From IMG/VR virus record IMGVR_UViG_3300031999_000023, positions 1-59,782 of that record: a stretch of DNA of 59,782 nucleotides; one strand, written 5' to 3'. A model generated the notes under the pieces. It was not told the origin of the DNA. It made no database searches and saw only the letters and a list, made by a program, of their open reading frames with translations. Shown in pieces: positions 47,078 to 56,409 of the stretch; position 1 is the stretch's first letter, and each line of letters opens with the position of its first letter. Source of the DNA: a virus (Duplodnaviria; Caudoviricetes). The position numbers were made by a program, and so were the translations under genes.

Positions 47078-47803
47078 TTATTTCGGATATTCCTTAAACT
47101 CAATTCTAAATACCCACCAGTTACCATCCCACGGATAGCCGCGATTGGAATTGATGGAGTCCCAGAGGCATTCATAGGCTTCTTTTGCTGTACTAAATCC
47201 ACCACCTTTTTCAGGAAATGCTGGATATATCATTACTGGATTAAAATGTGTTCCTCCGCCATGTGCCGAGTAACCACTTATGCCTTCCCTTATCGCATCT
47301 TCCTCGGTAATATCCCACAACTGCTCTATTCGTACATTTACAACCTCAAGCCATTTCCGGGCCGCCCACTTCGGCATGAACATAGGTGAACGCTTTCGCC
47401 AAGTGCCTCTAAGGGGGTTGGTTTGTTTCCAATGAATTTTCGTCGGCTCGATTCCACCAATACCCTCAACAAATGGGTCGGGACAGTCTGCTACATATCG
47501 CGGCTTAACTGTATGGCTTTGTGTCAGACTTTGCCATTTTCCGTTCTCCATGTGGCCTATGTCCCACCATGCTTCTTTTATCCAAAGCAAATCACCGACG
47601 TTATAATGCGAATAAATTGTCTTGGTTCCGCAGTCGCCGTAGATAATAAATTCCTCGGCACCATTTGGATTATTCTCAAACGCTGTATATCTTCGATGCC
47701 ATTTTTCGGGCATATTCTTAATTATCCGCCGGGTAACAGTCTTGCGCCCTTCAAGTATTGCCTTAACCATTTCGGCTGTGAATGATATTGGTTTTTCAAT
47801 CAT
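47078..47803 (-). CDS. ASCH/PUA-like phage protein
   Basis: PISFTAEMVKAILEGRKTVTRR...SPMFMPKWAAR...ITEEDAIREG. Confidence 0.8.
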   Translation of the reverse strand: MIEKPISFTAEMVKAILEGRKTVTRRIIKNMPEKWHRRYTAFENNPNGAEEFIIYGDCGTKTIYSHYNVGDLLWIKEAWWDIGHMENGKWQSLTQSHTVKPRYVADCPDPFVEGIGGIEPTKIHWKQTNPLRGTWRKRSPMFMPKWAARKWLEVVNVRIEQLWDITEEDAIREGISGYSAHGGGTHFNPVMIYPAFPEKGGGFSTAKEAYECLWDSINSNRGYPWDGNWWVFRIEFKEYPK

Positions 47804-48723
47804 TTCGGATACTCCTGCCTCTGTGCCCATAAGGGCCATTCTGCCGGTTTATTACTGCACTTGCCGTTAATGGGAACCTGCTTTACAAAACAGGCCACAC
47901 CAGACTCTCGGTATTGATTAACAGCATTGCGTACATCCTCGATACTGCATAACCTTGCGTTCAGACCGCTTTCGCAACCGATGATTACCCAGTCAATTTT
48001 GTTTAAGCCTCTACTTACATCAATTATATATTTGCCCCCACAAGCGTTGATATGTCTGAAATCTATCCTTTCCAGCATCGGCTCAAGGCTGATAAACCGC
48101 ACGGAGGCGGGAATTTGCAGCAATATCGGGATGTTCTTATCTGCGTCGGCCTGTGTGGAAATTGATGTTCCGAGCCAGAGATTTGGCAAGGGCTTATCAT
48201 TGAAGTCTGTTTGCTCTGCCGCCTTCTCAAACCTGTCCCAATTCCTGCCAAGATAGCCCTTGTGTCCCTCATCAAGCCAGCCCGTTAAAACATTGTACCA
48301 TTGAGGCATGCGGTCAACCCGATATGAATCATCAATTGACGTTCGTGTCATGTAGTATTCCATCGCCCGTTCAATCCGTTTCGTCAGAACCTGGAATGTA
48401 TGTTGGGGACATAAGGCTATTATCGCGTGAGCCCGGTCGATATACTCGAACGGCACGTCCTCGTGAAAAATATCCGTCATCGACCCGAGAAATATCATTC
48501 TCGGCTTCCTGAGTCGCAATATCATATCGAGTTCGTGCATCTGATACCCGATTTTGCCTGTCCATTTTCCATGTGGTCCTACTACGTCGGCGTAAGCCTT
48601 GTGTCCCATAGCCCTTAACCGCCTTGCCATTTGCTCTGCGTAGCAATGAAGGCATCCGGTGGCACATTTTGTACAGCCAACCCAGGGATTAACCGTTATT
48701 TCCGTCCAGGGAATTTTTGTCAT
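47800..48723 (-). CDS. Gp37/Gp68 (DUF5131) radical-SAM-like protein
   Basis: NPWVGCTKCATGCLHCYAE, SMTDIFHE, FQVLTKR, SLEPML, DWVIIGCESG, FVKQ. Confidence 0.9.
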   Translation of the reverse strand: MTKIPWTEITVNPWVGCTKCATGCLHCYAEQMARRLRAMGHKAYADVVGPHGKWTGKIGYQMHELDMILRLRKPRMIFLGSMTDIFHEDVPFEYIDRAHAIIALCPQHTFQVLTKRIERAMEYYMTRTSIDDSYRVDRMPQWYNVLTGWLDEGHKGYLGRNWDRFEKAAEQTDFNDKPLPNLWLGTSISTQADADKNIPILLQIPASVRFISLEPMLERIDFRHINACGGKYIIDVSRGLNKIDWVIIGCESGLNARLCSIEDVRNAVNQYRESGVACFVKQVPINGKCSNKPAEWPLWAQRQEYPK

Positions 48724-48861
48724 CGTCTTTTTCCTCAAGTATTCTCCATGCCGCCAAAAGCGAATATTCCTTTGCCCTGCCTGTAGGAGTATAGATTACC
48801 GACATAGGTTCATCCCTGAATATTTTAAGCCCTCTTTTTCGACGGCTGTTTCATCAAACCC

Positions 48862-50022
48862 TCAATCAGTATTTCCCTGACAGCCTGTTCGACCAAATAA
48901 CGCTCCTAAGACTCTAATTGCTTTTTCTGCACATTGAGGCACGACGCCGTTTCCGAGGAGTCTAAGTCTGTCCACCCGGCAGGAAGTCCCATTAGTTGCT
49001 CCACCCACGCCGGATTGAGTTTGCCCTTGCCGTATTTCGTTATTGCCTTTTGAAATTCTCCCTGTCCCTGTCCCTGATCTGCGCTTAACCCGTATGGCGT
49101 GGGCCACAACTCTCGGCTCTTCCCATTCGTACTGGGGCTGTCCGGGCCGGGCAGGCCATCTTGTACCGCCACATTCAACGGGTATGTATTCCTGTCGAAT
49201 TGGCTCGGCCCTGCGTTGTTCTTCGCATCCTGTGCCGTTACTGTCAGCCAGTTGACTTCCGTCTGGTCTTCCAGTTTCCTCAATCCCCCGCCCGGCGTAT
49301 TTCTCGGACAACCTCCACCGCTCGGTTGTTTTGGTGTTATCCAGTTGACCTGATCCCTCAATTTGTAATGCCCGTCCTTGCCCGGCAGGTTCTCCATTAC
49401 CCCGCCCTCGGCATCGTCGCTTGGACTTCGCCATGATAAACAATCGTTGCCGTTTGTGGGGAGCGCCAACCTCTGCCGCTGTAAACAGTCCCGCCTCAAC
49501 TGAGTAACCCATATTTCGCAGGCTGCAATAAACTTCGGGGAATCCGAGGCTAAGGTGTCCGGCAACGTTCTCGAAGATGCACCAAACAGGTCTAATTGTC
49601 TCGACGATTCGAGCAATATACGGCCAAACCCATCGAGGGTCTTTTGTTCCGAGACGTTTTCCGGCAACGGAAAAACTCTGGCAAGGGTATCCCCCATGAA
49701 TGATATGTACCATTCCTTTATACGGTTCCGGGTCAAAGGTTGCGAGGTCATCCCAGATAGGAGCGTCATCCAAGAGTTTCTTTTGAATCTTTGCAACCAG
49801 ATTGCAGACCGCGTAAACTTCCCTCTCCACGTAGCAGACTGTTCTAACATTCGGGATTGCTCGTTTAAGTCCAAGGCCGAGCCCTTCATATCCTGAACAT
49901 AAAGAAATTGCGGTAAATACATCCATGCCATTATCTTGCCTTTCTTTCGCGTTCGTCGGGACGATCTGATCGAGTGGGATCAACTGGAAATTTGTGTTAC
50001 TTGCCTGGTTCGTGTTGCTCAT
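48862..50022 (-). CDS. C5-cytosine DNA methyltransferase, large polypeptide
   Basis: SLCSGYEG, GGYPCQSFS, FENV, PHKRQRLF and motif X RLRLLGNGVVP. Confidence 0.9.
   Translation of the reverse strand: MSNTNQASNTNFQLIPLDQIVPTNAKERQDNGMDVFTAISLCSGYEGLGLGLKRAIPNVRTVCYVEREVYAVCNLVAKIQKKLLDDAPIWDDLATFDPEPYKGMVHIIHGGYPCQSFSVAGKRLGTKDPRWVWPYIARIVETIRPVWCIFENVAGHLSLGFPEVYCSLRNMGYSVEAGLFTAAEVGAPHKRQRLFIMAKSKRRCRGRGNGEPAGQGRALQIEGSGQLDNTKTTERWRLSEKYAGRGIEETGRPDGSQLADSNGTGCEEQRRAEPIRQEYIPVECGGTRWPARPGQPQYEWEEPRVVAHAIRVKRRSGTGTGRISKGNNEIRQGQTQSGVGGATNGTSCRVDRLRLLGNGVVPQCAEKAIRVLGALFGRTGCQGNTD
48906..49931 (-). CDS. Overlapping alternative-frame MTase partner polypeptide (WxTP repeats and motif IX)
   Basis: 341 codons open inside the MTase gene; WRSP/WITP/WLTV/WPTP repeats and LNPAWVEQLMGLPAGWT. 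Confidence 0.75.
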   Translation of the reverse strand: MAWMYLPQFLYVQDMKGSALDLNEQSRMLEQSATWRGKFTRSAIWLQRFKRNSWMTLLSGMTSQPLTRNRIKEWYISFMGDTLARVFPLPENVSEQKTLDGFGRILLESSRQLDLFGASSRTLPDTLASDSPKFIAACEIWVTQLRRDCLQRQRLALPTNGNDCLSWRSPSDDAEGGVMENLPGKDGHYKLRDQVNWITPKQPSGGGCPRNTPGGGLRKLEDQTEVNWLTVTAQDAKNNAGPSQFDRNTYPLNVAVQDGLPGPDSPSTNGKSRELWPTPYGLSADQGQGQGEFQKAITKYGKGKLNPAWVEQLMGLPAGWTDLDSSETASCLNVQKKQLES

Positions 50023-50057
50023 GATTTTCTCCTTTCTTTATATGTTTTCCTTAAAAA

Positions 50058-50164
50058 CCAGCTTGGGGCGGGCAGGATTATATTTTATAGTTGAACTCAT
50101 CCGACTATTGCCGGTTTCCTGCTGGTCAACTCATTTCACGGCTTCCGCCGCCGCCCCATGCCGG
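50058..50164 (-). ncRNA. Structured small RNA candidate (GGGGCGG-stem family)
   Basis: CCGGCATGGGGCGGCGGCG...TGCCCGCCCCAAGCTGG-TTTTT; termini shared with 56410..56524. Confidence 0.5.
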
Positions 50165-50288
50165 CCTCAATACGGGCGGAATCCTTTCCGCTTATTGGAA
50201 CTTACAAGGCTCATCAATTATTTACTTGTCAAAAATAAGGGCGGGGCGGCCACAAGGATGAAAAAACCGCCCGCCTTGAAGGAAAAAA

Positions 50289-50777
50289 TCATAACAAGTT
50301 AATACACGCAAATTCTCCAAAATAAATTTTCGCCGATTCGTCGTAGGCTTTTACGGCTTCGATTTCGGAATTGAAATATCCGAGATGTTTTTGTTTGCCG
50401 TCAACTCCAATAAGTGCCCGCCATTTGTTTCTGGACTTCCTCCAGGAAACGCCTTTGAAGGCCGACGAATGATTTCTCCTCAAACATTCATTTTGATGAT
50501 TTTGTGAGTTATTACATATTCTCAGGTTATCTCGCCGATTATCGAGGCCGGTATGGTTTTTATGGTCACACAGTTGTGGATCGCCCGGTTCCAGGCCCAG
50601 GATGACTCGGTGCATTAGTATAAGCGTCTGTTTCCCACCTGGTTTTGTAATATTTCTCACGGCATAAAACGTATTGTAACTTTTGACAGCGTACCACTTC
50701 CACTGGCTAAGCCACTCGTAATCTTCATCGTCGACAATGGCAACCTTGCCCTGTGTTAATTGAATTTCCTTGCTCAT
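50289..50777 (-). CDS. HNH-AP2 endonuclease
   Basis: IQLTQGKVAIVDDED...DHKNHTGLDNRRDNLR...SAFKGV...LGYF. Confidence 0.9.
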   Translation of the reverse strand: MSKEIQLTQGKVAIVDDEDYEWLSQWKWYAVKSYNTFYAVRNITKPGGKQTLILMHRVILGLEPGDPQLCDHKNHTGLDNRRDNLRICNNSQNHQNECLRRNHSSAFKGVSWRKSRNKWRALIGVDGKQKHLGYFNSEIEAVKAYDESAKIYFGEFACINLL

Positions 50778-52432
50778 TATAGCCTCGTAACAACCCCTTC
50801 TTTTACTTTGTAAACAGCCAACCATTCCGGAATATCGATCTCTGAATAGTCCTTGTCGCTGCTGGCAAAAACCAGCACGTTCTTGATGTGGCACTCATTC
50901 ACCGCCTGAAAGAAAGCATTTGCATTATCACTAACAAGAATCTCGAAGCCGTCCAATGCGACAATGCCTATACCAGACACCTCCGCTAAAGCCAGGCCCA
51001 TGATACACGCCGCTCGATATTGCTCACTTGATGAACAGAATTCAATAGGAATGCCTCGTAAATCAATTTCGCCGTTATCAGACCAAGTAAGTTCATCCAT
51101 GCCCCACAAAGCCAGGATTCCCTTATTGATTGGAAGTTGGCGTCCGCCGGCGGCTATTGCCGATTTGACAGGCCCGCCGTCCTTCAGTGCCTCATCGATG
51201 CGGTCGCATTCTGCAATAAGGGCATCGAGCTTCGCTGAATTCTTTTCGGCCTTTTCAAACTCAGCTTCGGCTTCTTTGAACCTTCGGTAGTTTGCGATAT
51301 TGGCCTGCAGGACGTCCCGTTGCTCCGTGAGACCCTTGAGCAGATCTTCCGAGCCTTTCGGCAGGGCCACCGGCTTAAACTTCTCATTCAATTCCTTGCG
51401 TTTTTCTTCGAGCTTAACCAGCTCGGATTCACAGCCCGCGTTCTGCCTTATGATCTCATCGCGCTCGAGCAGCTTGCCCTGGTAACTTTTGAGCCATTCT
51501 TCAAGATTCTTTTGTCGAATTGTTAATGAGTCCCGTTTTGGCGTGCATTCACATAACGGGCACTTGATGTTTGCGGTTTTATTTTCTTTGAGAAGATCGC
51601 CGATCAGGCTGCAATATACGCTCGCCATCCTGATCTCGTCGGCCGATATCCCAGGGGGCAGGTTTGGCACCTTCCCGATCTCGCCTTTGGCTTTCGTTGT
51701 GCGATTCTCGATATCGAGCAGCTCGGCTTTGATTTCCATATTACGCCTGGCCTCGGCTATGATCTCGCCGCCCTTTGCTATTCTATTGCCGAGTTCTTTG
51801 ATTGCCTTTTCGTCCGGGGCAACATCGTAGTTTACCGGCAGTTCAAAATCTCCAATCAGCGGCGGCTTGCCGGGCAGCTCATTCTTCGTCCTTTTGAGCG
51901 CCCTTCTGATCTCGACAACCTCATTCTTAAATACGTCCACGTCGAGAATGTTAATCCCGCTCGACTTAATTTCTTTCAGAAGTGTTTCGTTGATGTTGCC
52001 GACGTGCTCTGCGATTGCCGCCTTGATAACATCGCTCAAACCGCCGCCAAGAACCTCGGCAAGGACTTTGCCCCTTTCCCTGGCGGGCAATGCGATGAAT
52101 TCGTGGGGACTAAGGCAGTATCGAAGGACGGACTTTGCATCAGACCCCCCCGGTGTGCCGACTGTACGCCTGATCGAATTGATTTCCCCCGTTTCCTTGT
52201 CAACAGTATCAAGCTCGACAAACATGCTATTGTCGCCATTAACAAGGTTGCGTGACTCATTGAACTTGCTCATTGCCCTGGCCTTGCCCGTCAATGCGAA
52301 AAGAATAGCGTCTAAGATTGTACTCTTACCTTGATTGTTCTTGCCCACAAATAGACTTACCGGCCTGTCAAATTCAATGTCGGCTGCCGGCACGCCGACG
52401 AAGTGGTTAATCTTTAATCGTTTCAACTGCAT
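50777..52432 (-). CDS. SbcC/Rad50-like AAA ATPase
   Basis: GKNNQGKST, coiled coil with CPLC hook, SSSEQ signature, ALDGFE. Confidence 0.85.
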   Translation of the reverse strand: MQLKRLKINHFVGVPAADIEFDRPVSLFVGKNNQGKSTILDAILFALTGKARAMSKFNESRNLVNGDNSMFVELDTVDKETGEINSIRRTVGTPGGSDAKSVLRYCLSPHEFIALPARERGKVLAEVLGGGLSDVIKAAIAEHVGNINETLLKEIKSSGINILDVDVFKNEVVEIRRALKRTKNELPGKPPLIGDFELPVNYDVAPDEKAIKELGNRIAKGGEIIAEARRNMEIKAELLDIENRTTKAKGEIGKVPNLPPGISADEIRMASVYCSLIGDLLKENKTANIKCPLCECTPKRDSLTIRQKNLEEWLKSYQGKLLERDEIIRQNAGCESELVKLEEKRKELNEKFKPVALPKGSEDLLKGLTEQRDVLQANIANYRRFKEAEAEFEKAEKNSAKLDALIAECDRIDEALKDGGPVKSAIAAGGRQLPINKGILALWGMDELTWSDNGEIDLRGIPIEFCSSSEQYRAACIMGLALAEVSGIGIVALDGFEILVSDNANAFFQAVNECHIKNVLVFASSDKDYSEIDIPEWLAVYKVKEGVVTRL

Positions 52433-52466
52433 TTTGATTTTCTCCTTTCAATTATTCTTAGCCTGC

Positions 52467-53093
52467 TTAGTTTGCTTTTTCCTCAAGCGTTGCAATCTCA
52501 TCGCAGAAATACATGACCTTGACTACCGGGTTGTGATACCAGGCGTTTGCCAGCGACTTGCCTCGGCGTTCTTCTTTGCTCTTTGATTCATCGCCCCTCA
52601 GCGGGAATTCGCCCGATTGCCAATCATCTTCTTTGTAAAATTCATTCAGGCCGTAAACGCCCATGTGGTACGTGATTATCAGCTCCTCGATCTCCGTCAG
52701 CTCGATATACTCTTTGATGCGGGCGATGGACAGCAGGGCGTGACCCTTGGGCTGGCCCCGGTTCCACTTGTACGGTTTCTTGATGCCGATAGCCCCGATC
52801 TTGCAAACATCGTGCAGCAGGGCAGCTATGGTGATGTTCTCCTGCGTTAATGGCAGTGGCTCTTGCCCGGAACCCGTGCCTGTGCCGAGCATGAGCATGT
52901 TGTTAAATCCCGTAAGCAACTCATAAACTCTAAGGCTGTGATTTGCCAGCCCGCCCGGATATGCTCCGTGAAATTTGGTCGATGCAGGTGCCTCGAAAAA
53001 GCCCTCCGCTTTCAGGTAACCGATCATCGCGTCCATGCCTTTGCGATTCGTACTTGTAAGCAACTGTATGATTTTTTCTTCCGTGTTATTCAT
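52467..53093 (-). CDS. HD-domain hydrolase
   Basis: APASTKFHG...GGLANHS...LLHDVCK...HMG. Confidence 0.88.
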   Translation of the reverse strand: MNNTEEKIIQLLTSTNRKGMDAMIGYLKAEGFFEAPASTKFHGAYPGGLANHSLRVYELLTGFNNMLMLGTGTGSGQEPLPLTQENITIAALLHDVCKIGAIGIKKPYKWNRGQPKGHALLSIARIKEYIELTEIEELIITYHMGVYGLNEFYKEDDWQSGEFPLRGDESKSKEERRGKSLANAWYHNPVVKVMYFCDEIATLEEKAN

Positions 53094-53120
53094 TTTGTTT
53101 TTCTCCTTTTTTTAAAAAAG

Positions 53121-53239
53121 GCCGGCGGGCCTATCCCACTTTCTTCGCAGGTTCGCTTCGGGTCAGAAAAAACCGCCTGCTCTCGCGTGCAATGGATAAG
53201 GTGCCAATAGCGCTTCAGCAACATTCCGTCACCGCCGGC
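53121..53239 (-). ncRNA. Structured small RNA candidate (same family)
   Basis: GCCGGCGG-TGACGGAA...GC-CCGCCGGC followed by a U-tract. Confidence 0.45.
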
Positions 53240-53291
53240 ATATCACGTTGGCCTTTATCGGCCGTTGTGTTCGTATTCACTTGTCAATTAA

Positions 53292-53357
53292 GTCAGGCAA
53301 AACGGGTCGCTACCCCGCACGTTCCTTATTGGCCAGCGCAGTTCTTTATTGCCTGAC
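53292..53357 (-). ncRNA. Small stem-closed RNA with a T-arm-like hairpin
   Basis: GTCAGGCAA/TTGCCTGAC closing stem; CGGG-GTAGCGA-CCCG near the 3' end. Confidence 0.35.
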
Positions 53358-53362
53358 GCATT

Positions 53363-53926
53363 TTAGAATAGATTGGATTTTAGAGCTCCGGCGGGTTGGA
53401 GCTTTTGCTTTTCCTTGGTGACTTTCTTGTTAGTCTCTTCGTCAAAATTCAAACAGGCAAATTCACCAAACAATTTTATCGCTGCCTTGTCATAGGTTCT
53501 CGCAGCGTCGATCTCGGAATCGAATTGGCCGAGATTCTTCTTCTTGCCGTCAACACAAATTTGTGCCTGCCATTTGTGTCTACGTTTATCCCAGCAAACA
53601 CCTTTATAGATTGACGAACCCGCTCTTCTATTCAGATTTCGGTTACGTTTGTTCTGTAAACTGGTGCAGATCCTCAGATTCTCTCTCCGATTATTTAATT
53701 TGTTGTGATCGATATGGTCGGTCTGTTTATCTGCGGGCACATTCAATATTTCGCGGTGCATATAAATCCATTGCTGTCGCTGTTGTTTCCGTCCACCGCC
53801 CAAGTAGATTGTTCGCATCGCGTAGCCTTTGGAATGGAAATACCACTTCCATCGGCTTAACCGTTCATAATCTTGGTCATCGACAATGGCTACCTTGCCT
53901 TGTGTGAGTGATATTGTTTTTGACAT
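53363..53926 (-). CDS. HNH-AP2 endonuclease
   Basis: LTQGKVAIVDDQD...DHIDHNKLNNRRENLR...SIYKGV...FGEFACLNF. Confidence 0.9.
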   Translation of the reverse strand: MSKTISLTQGKVAIVDDQDYERLSRWKWYFHSKGYAMRTIYLGGGRKQQRQQWIYMHREILNVPADKQTDHIDHNKLNNRRENLRICTSLQNKRNRNLNRRAGSSIYKGVCWDKRRHKWQAQICVDGKKKNLGQFDSEIDAARTYDKAAIKLFGEFACLNFDEETNKKVTKEKQKLQPAGALKSNLF

Positions 53927-53936
53927 CACAAAAACC

Positions 53937-54875
53937 TCAAAAGAGATTCGACTGTTTCTTATTTTTATCACCGACGCCGACAGCGTTAAGTTTTTCCTTT
54001 TGTTGATTGATCATCTCGTTGACTTCTTCCGGCCTCTCGTCCGGATCGACCGGCTCGGGCTCGGCTGAATTGACAATCGTATCTTCAATTTGCCGGTCAG
54101 TCACAACTTCATCTTCGCCATCGCCGCCGTTTTGTTTCTTCTCGCGTTCGGCCAGGCGTTCTTTAAGTGCCTCGACGCCGGATTCGATAACGGTGGATTC
54201 GACGTGCTTCGGTCCGATCTCAGCAGCCTCATCCGTTGTCAGCATTCCCATAGTGACTTCCGGGCAATGCCTTCTCTGGAACCATGCCGCCGATCTGAAA
54301 TGGAACATTTGTTCAGACATCGTATTCCATTTGGATTTTAGGATGCCGCCACCGTCCCTTAACTGCTTATCCTTGTTCCAGCCTTCGGCCTCGACCAAAT
54401 TCCAATCAATCCAGGGACCATAAAGAACAGTGCCGGTGCTTTTTCGTGTTGCAAAAGCGCGTATCCTGAAATTTTTCTTGTCTTTTACATCGCCGATAAC
54501 TTCGTATTCAAGCGGATCGATGAACATTCTGGATTGATTAACCAGCGATGTCACCAACGCAGCATCCATACCGATACGGCCATGAACGGAATAGACATGC
54601 TGCATTACGGCCAGCCAGGAAGCCCCAAGACGGGCCGCAAGATCCAACGCAACCAGGCAGTCACGTGGCTTGCCTCTGTACGTATCGGGGACCATTTCGG
54701 AGCCCGCAAGTGCCTCAGCAAGCCGCCAGGCCTCCTCTATAGTCGTAGGCTCGAATCCGCGTCTCGTCATAGCCAGATTAGCCTTTGGCTCCGGCATCTT
54801 TTCGGGCGGCTTTACCGGAGGTGCCGTCACTTGCCCCTTTTCAGGAGCGGTTGTTTGTGTTTGTTTCTTTGCCAT
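53937..54875 (-). CDS. RecT-like single-strand annealing protein
   Basis: SEMVPDTYRGKP...VMQHVYSVHGR...SKW...QMFHFRSA...PEVTMG; adjacent to YqaJ. Confidence 0.8.
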   Translation of the reverse strand: MAKKQTQTTAPEKGQVTAPPVKPPEKMPEPKANLAMTRRGFEPTTIEEAWRLAEALAGSEMVPDTYRGKPRDCLVALDLAARLGASWLAVMQHVYSVHGRIGMDAALVTSLVNQSRMFIDPLEYEVIGDVKDKKNFRIRAFATRKSTGTVLYGPWIDWNLVEAEGWNKDKQLRDGGGILKSKWNTMSEQMFHFRSAAWFQRRHCPEVTMGMLTTDEAAEIGPKHVESTVIESGVEALKERLAEREKKQNGGDGEDEVVTDRQIEDTIVNSAEPEPVDPDERPEEVNEMINQQKEKLNAVGVGDKNKKQSNLF

Positions 54876-54885
54876 GATTTTCTCC

Positions 54886-55830
54886 TTATAATTTGATTGA
54901 TGAAATAGTGTATTCTCTTTTAACTTTTTTCAGCCTCGTTACACGACATTTCGATGTCTTCGTGTATTTGGCTGCAATTTCCGGCAGCTCCTTTCGGAGT
55001 TTCTCTACATCAATGAGACGCGAGCATTGCTCGAAATATGTAAGCATCATTGGCTGTCTATCCAGCACGAAATTTGCAGCCTCGGCGTCGCCCAGGGCCG
55101 TCAGTATCGCAGACTGTGCATCTTCAAGAATAGCTTCGGCCCACTTGACCTTGTTTTTTGCATCCTGAAAATCTTTAATCAACTTGACCTGCTCTTCGTC
55201 AAAATCAATTACCTTTTCAGGAACACGCTTGATCCTCTTGATAAAAGCAAGGCTCGGCGTTATGTTTTCGGGCGGAGTATCGTTCTCTACGCAATCCCAG
55301 AAGTCCAACGCCTTTTCCAGAATCGTATCGACGATAATCTGTTCTCTTTTGACTTCGAACATGACGAACCCTCGACCGCCAATAAAGGCGGGAACGTGAC
55401 ACAATTCATGCTCGGAACATATCATGTGGCAGTGACATTGAATAAGGATTCCGTCCGGCAATTCATCAGATCCGGCTTCGCCCCATTCATCCACAAGCGG
55501 ACCGAACAGGCCCGCCGTCTTGGCTTCGACCGGATCCCCCGTAATGATAACCTGCGCATCAAGGTGATCTATCAAGTGGAACTCTTCAAGAAACAATTCA
55601 ACGTTTCTTCGCAATGGGCCGAGCTGCACTTCCGCCCAGTCAATCACTCCCGGCTCAAAAAGTGTCCCGGCCAGCATGGCTTCGTTCGGCTCGAAATCGT
55701 TCGTCCGGTTTGTCTTGTCTAACCAAACGTCATAGGCATTCTTGTATTTGTCAAATCCAAGAATTGCGGCCATATCGGATGAGCCAATGTATTCTTTGCG
55801 CTTCAGCCTTTCAGCTTCTGTTATCGGCAC
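54886..55830 (-). CDS. YqaJ-like viral recombinase exonuclease
   Basis: RKEYIGSSDMAAILG...GTLFEP...LDA...VEAKT...IQCHCHM. Confidence 0.9.
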   Translation of the reverse strand: MPITEAERLKRKEYIGSSDMAAILGFDKYKNAYDVWLDKTNRTNDFEPNEAMLAGTLFEPGVIDWAEVQLGPLRRNVELFLEEFHLIDHLDAQVIITGDPVEAKTAGLFGPLVDEWGEAGSDELPDGILIQCHCHMICSEHELCHVPAFIGGRGFVMFEVKREQIIVDTILEKALDFWDCVENDTPPENITPSLAFIKRIKRVPEKVIDFDEEQVKLIKDFQDAKNKVKWAEAILEDAQSAILTALGDAEAANFVLDRQPMMLTYFEQCSRLIDVEKLRKELPEIAAKYTKTSKCRVTRLKKVKREYTISSIKL

Positions 55831-56053
55831 GATCTATCTCGCTTTCCGGCAAAAAACATAATTGATCAGGAGCCGTTGCCTGTCCCGTGTAATTCTCGTA
55901 GTTGTCCCAGTCGCCGTCGCATTTATAGACCACAAAGATAAAACTTTGGTTCCAGGATTCAATGCGTCCCTGTTCTCGCTCGCCGGCCATGCCGACGTAC
56001 AAAACCCACCGGCCCTTGTCTGACTCAGTTAATTTGGAAATTGCTATCGGCAT
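55811..56053 (-). CDS. Hypothetical protein
   Basis: AAGGAG RBS; DKGRWVLY...FIFVVY. Confidence 0.6.
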   Translation of the reverse strand: MPIAISKLTESDKGRWVLYVGMAGEREQGRIESWNQSFIFVVYKCDGDWDNYENYTGQATAPDQLCFLPESEIDRADNRS

Positions 56054-56297
56054 TAGCCTTCTCCTTACAATCTTCGCAAAACAGTAGGCCGTCAATTTCA
56101 GTTAAACAGTTCTTGCACCCGACGAAACCGCAGCCGTCGCAAACCTCAGTACAGCCTTTGTGTATCTTCGCATCGCAGACGCTGCAATTCATTAGCTCGT
56201 AGTCGTAAATGGTCCCGCCGCAAACTTCGCAGCTTCCGACTTCGTCGGGGATTTTTGGCGTTACGCCGCAACTGAAACGGTCTAAATTTGAACTCAT
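56025..56297 (-). CDS. Cys-rich Zn-finger protein
   Basis: Multiple CxxC pairs. Confidence 0.6.
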   Translation of the reverse strand: MSSNLDRFSCGVTPKIPDEVGSCEVCGGTIYDYELMNCSVCDAKIHKGCTEVCDGCGFVGCKNCLTEIDGLLFCEDCKEKANADSNFQIN

Positions 56298-56409
56298 AAT
56301 TTGTCTCGCTTTCCTTCGATCTCAAGCAGGGCGGCAATGGGCCAAATTACCGCGACCATCATCCAGAATATTGCTGTTATGATTCGCATTGTTTCTCCTT
56401 TCTTAAAAA

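Noticed and set aside
50092-50099. 8-nt complementarity between the 50058 RNA (GAGTTCAA) and the 37821 leader (TTGAACTC)
   Set aside because: Too short to distinguish from chance without a systematic search.
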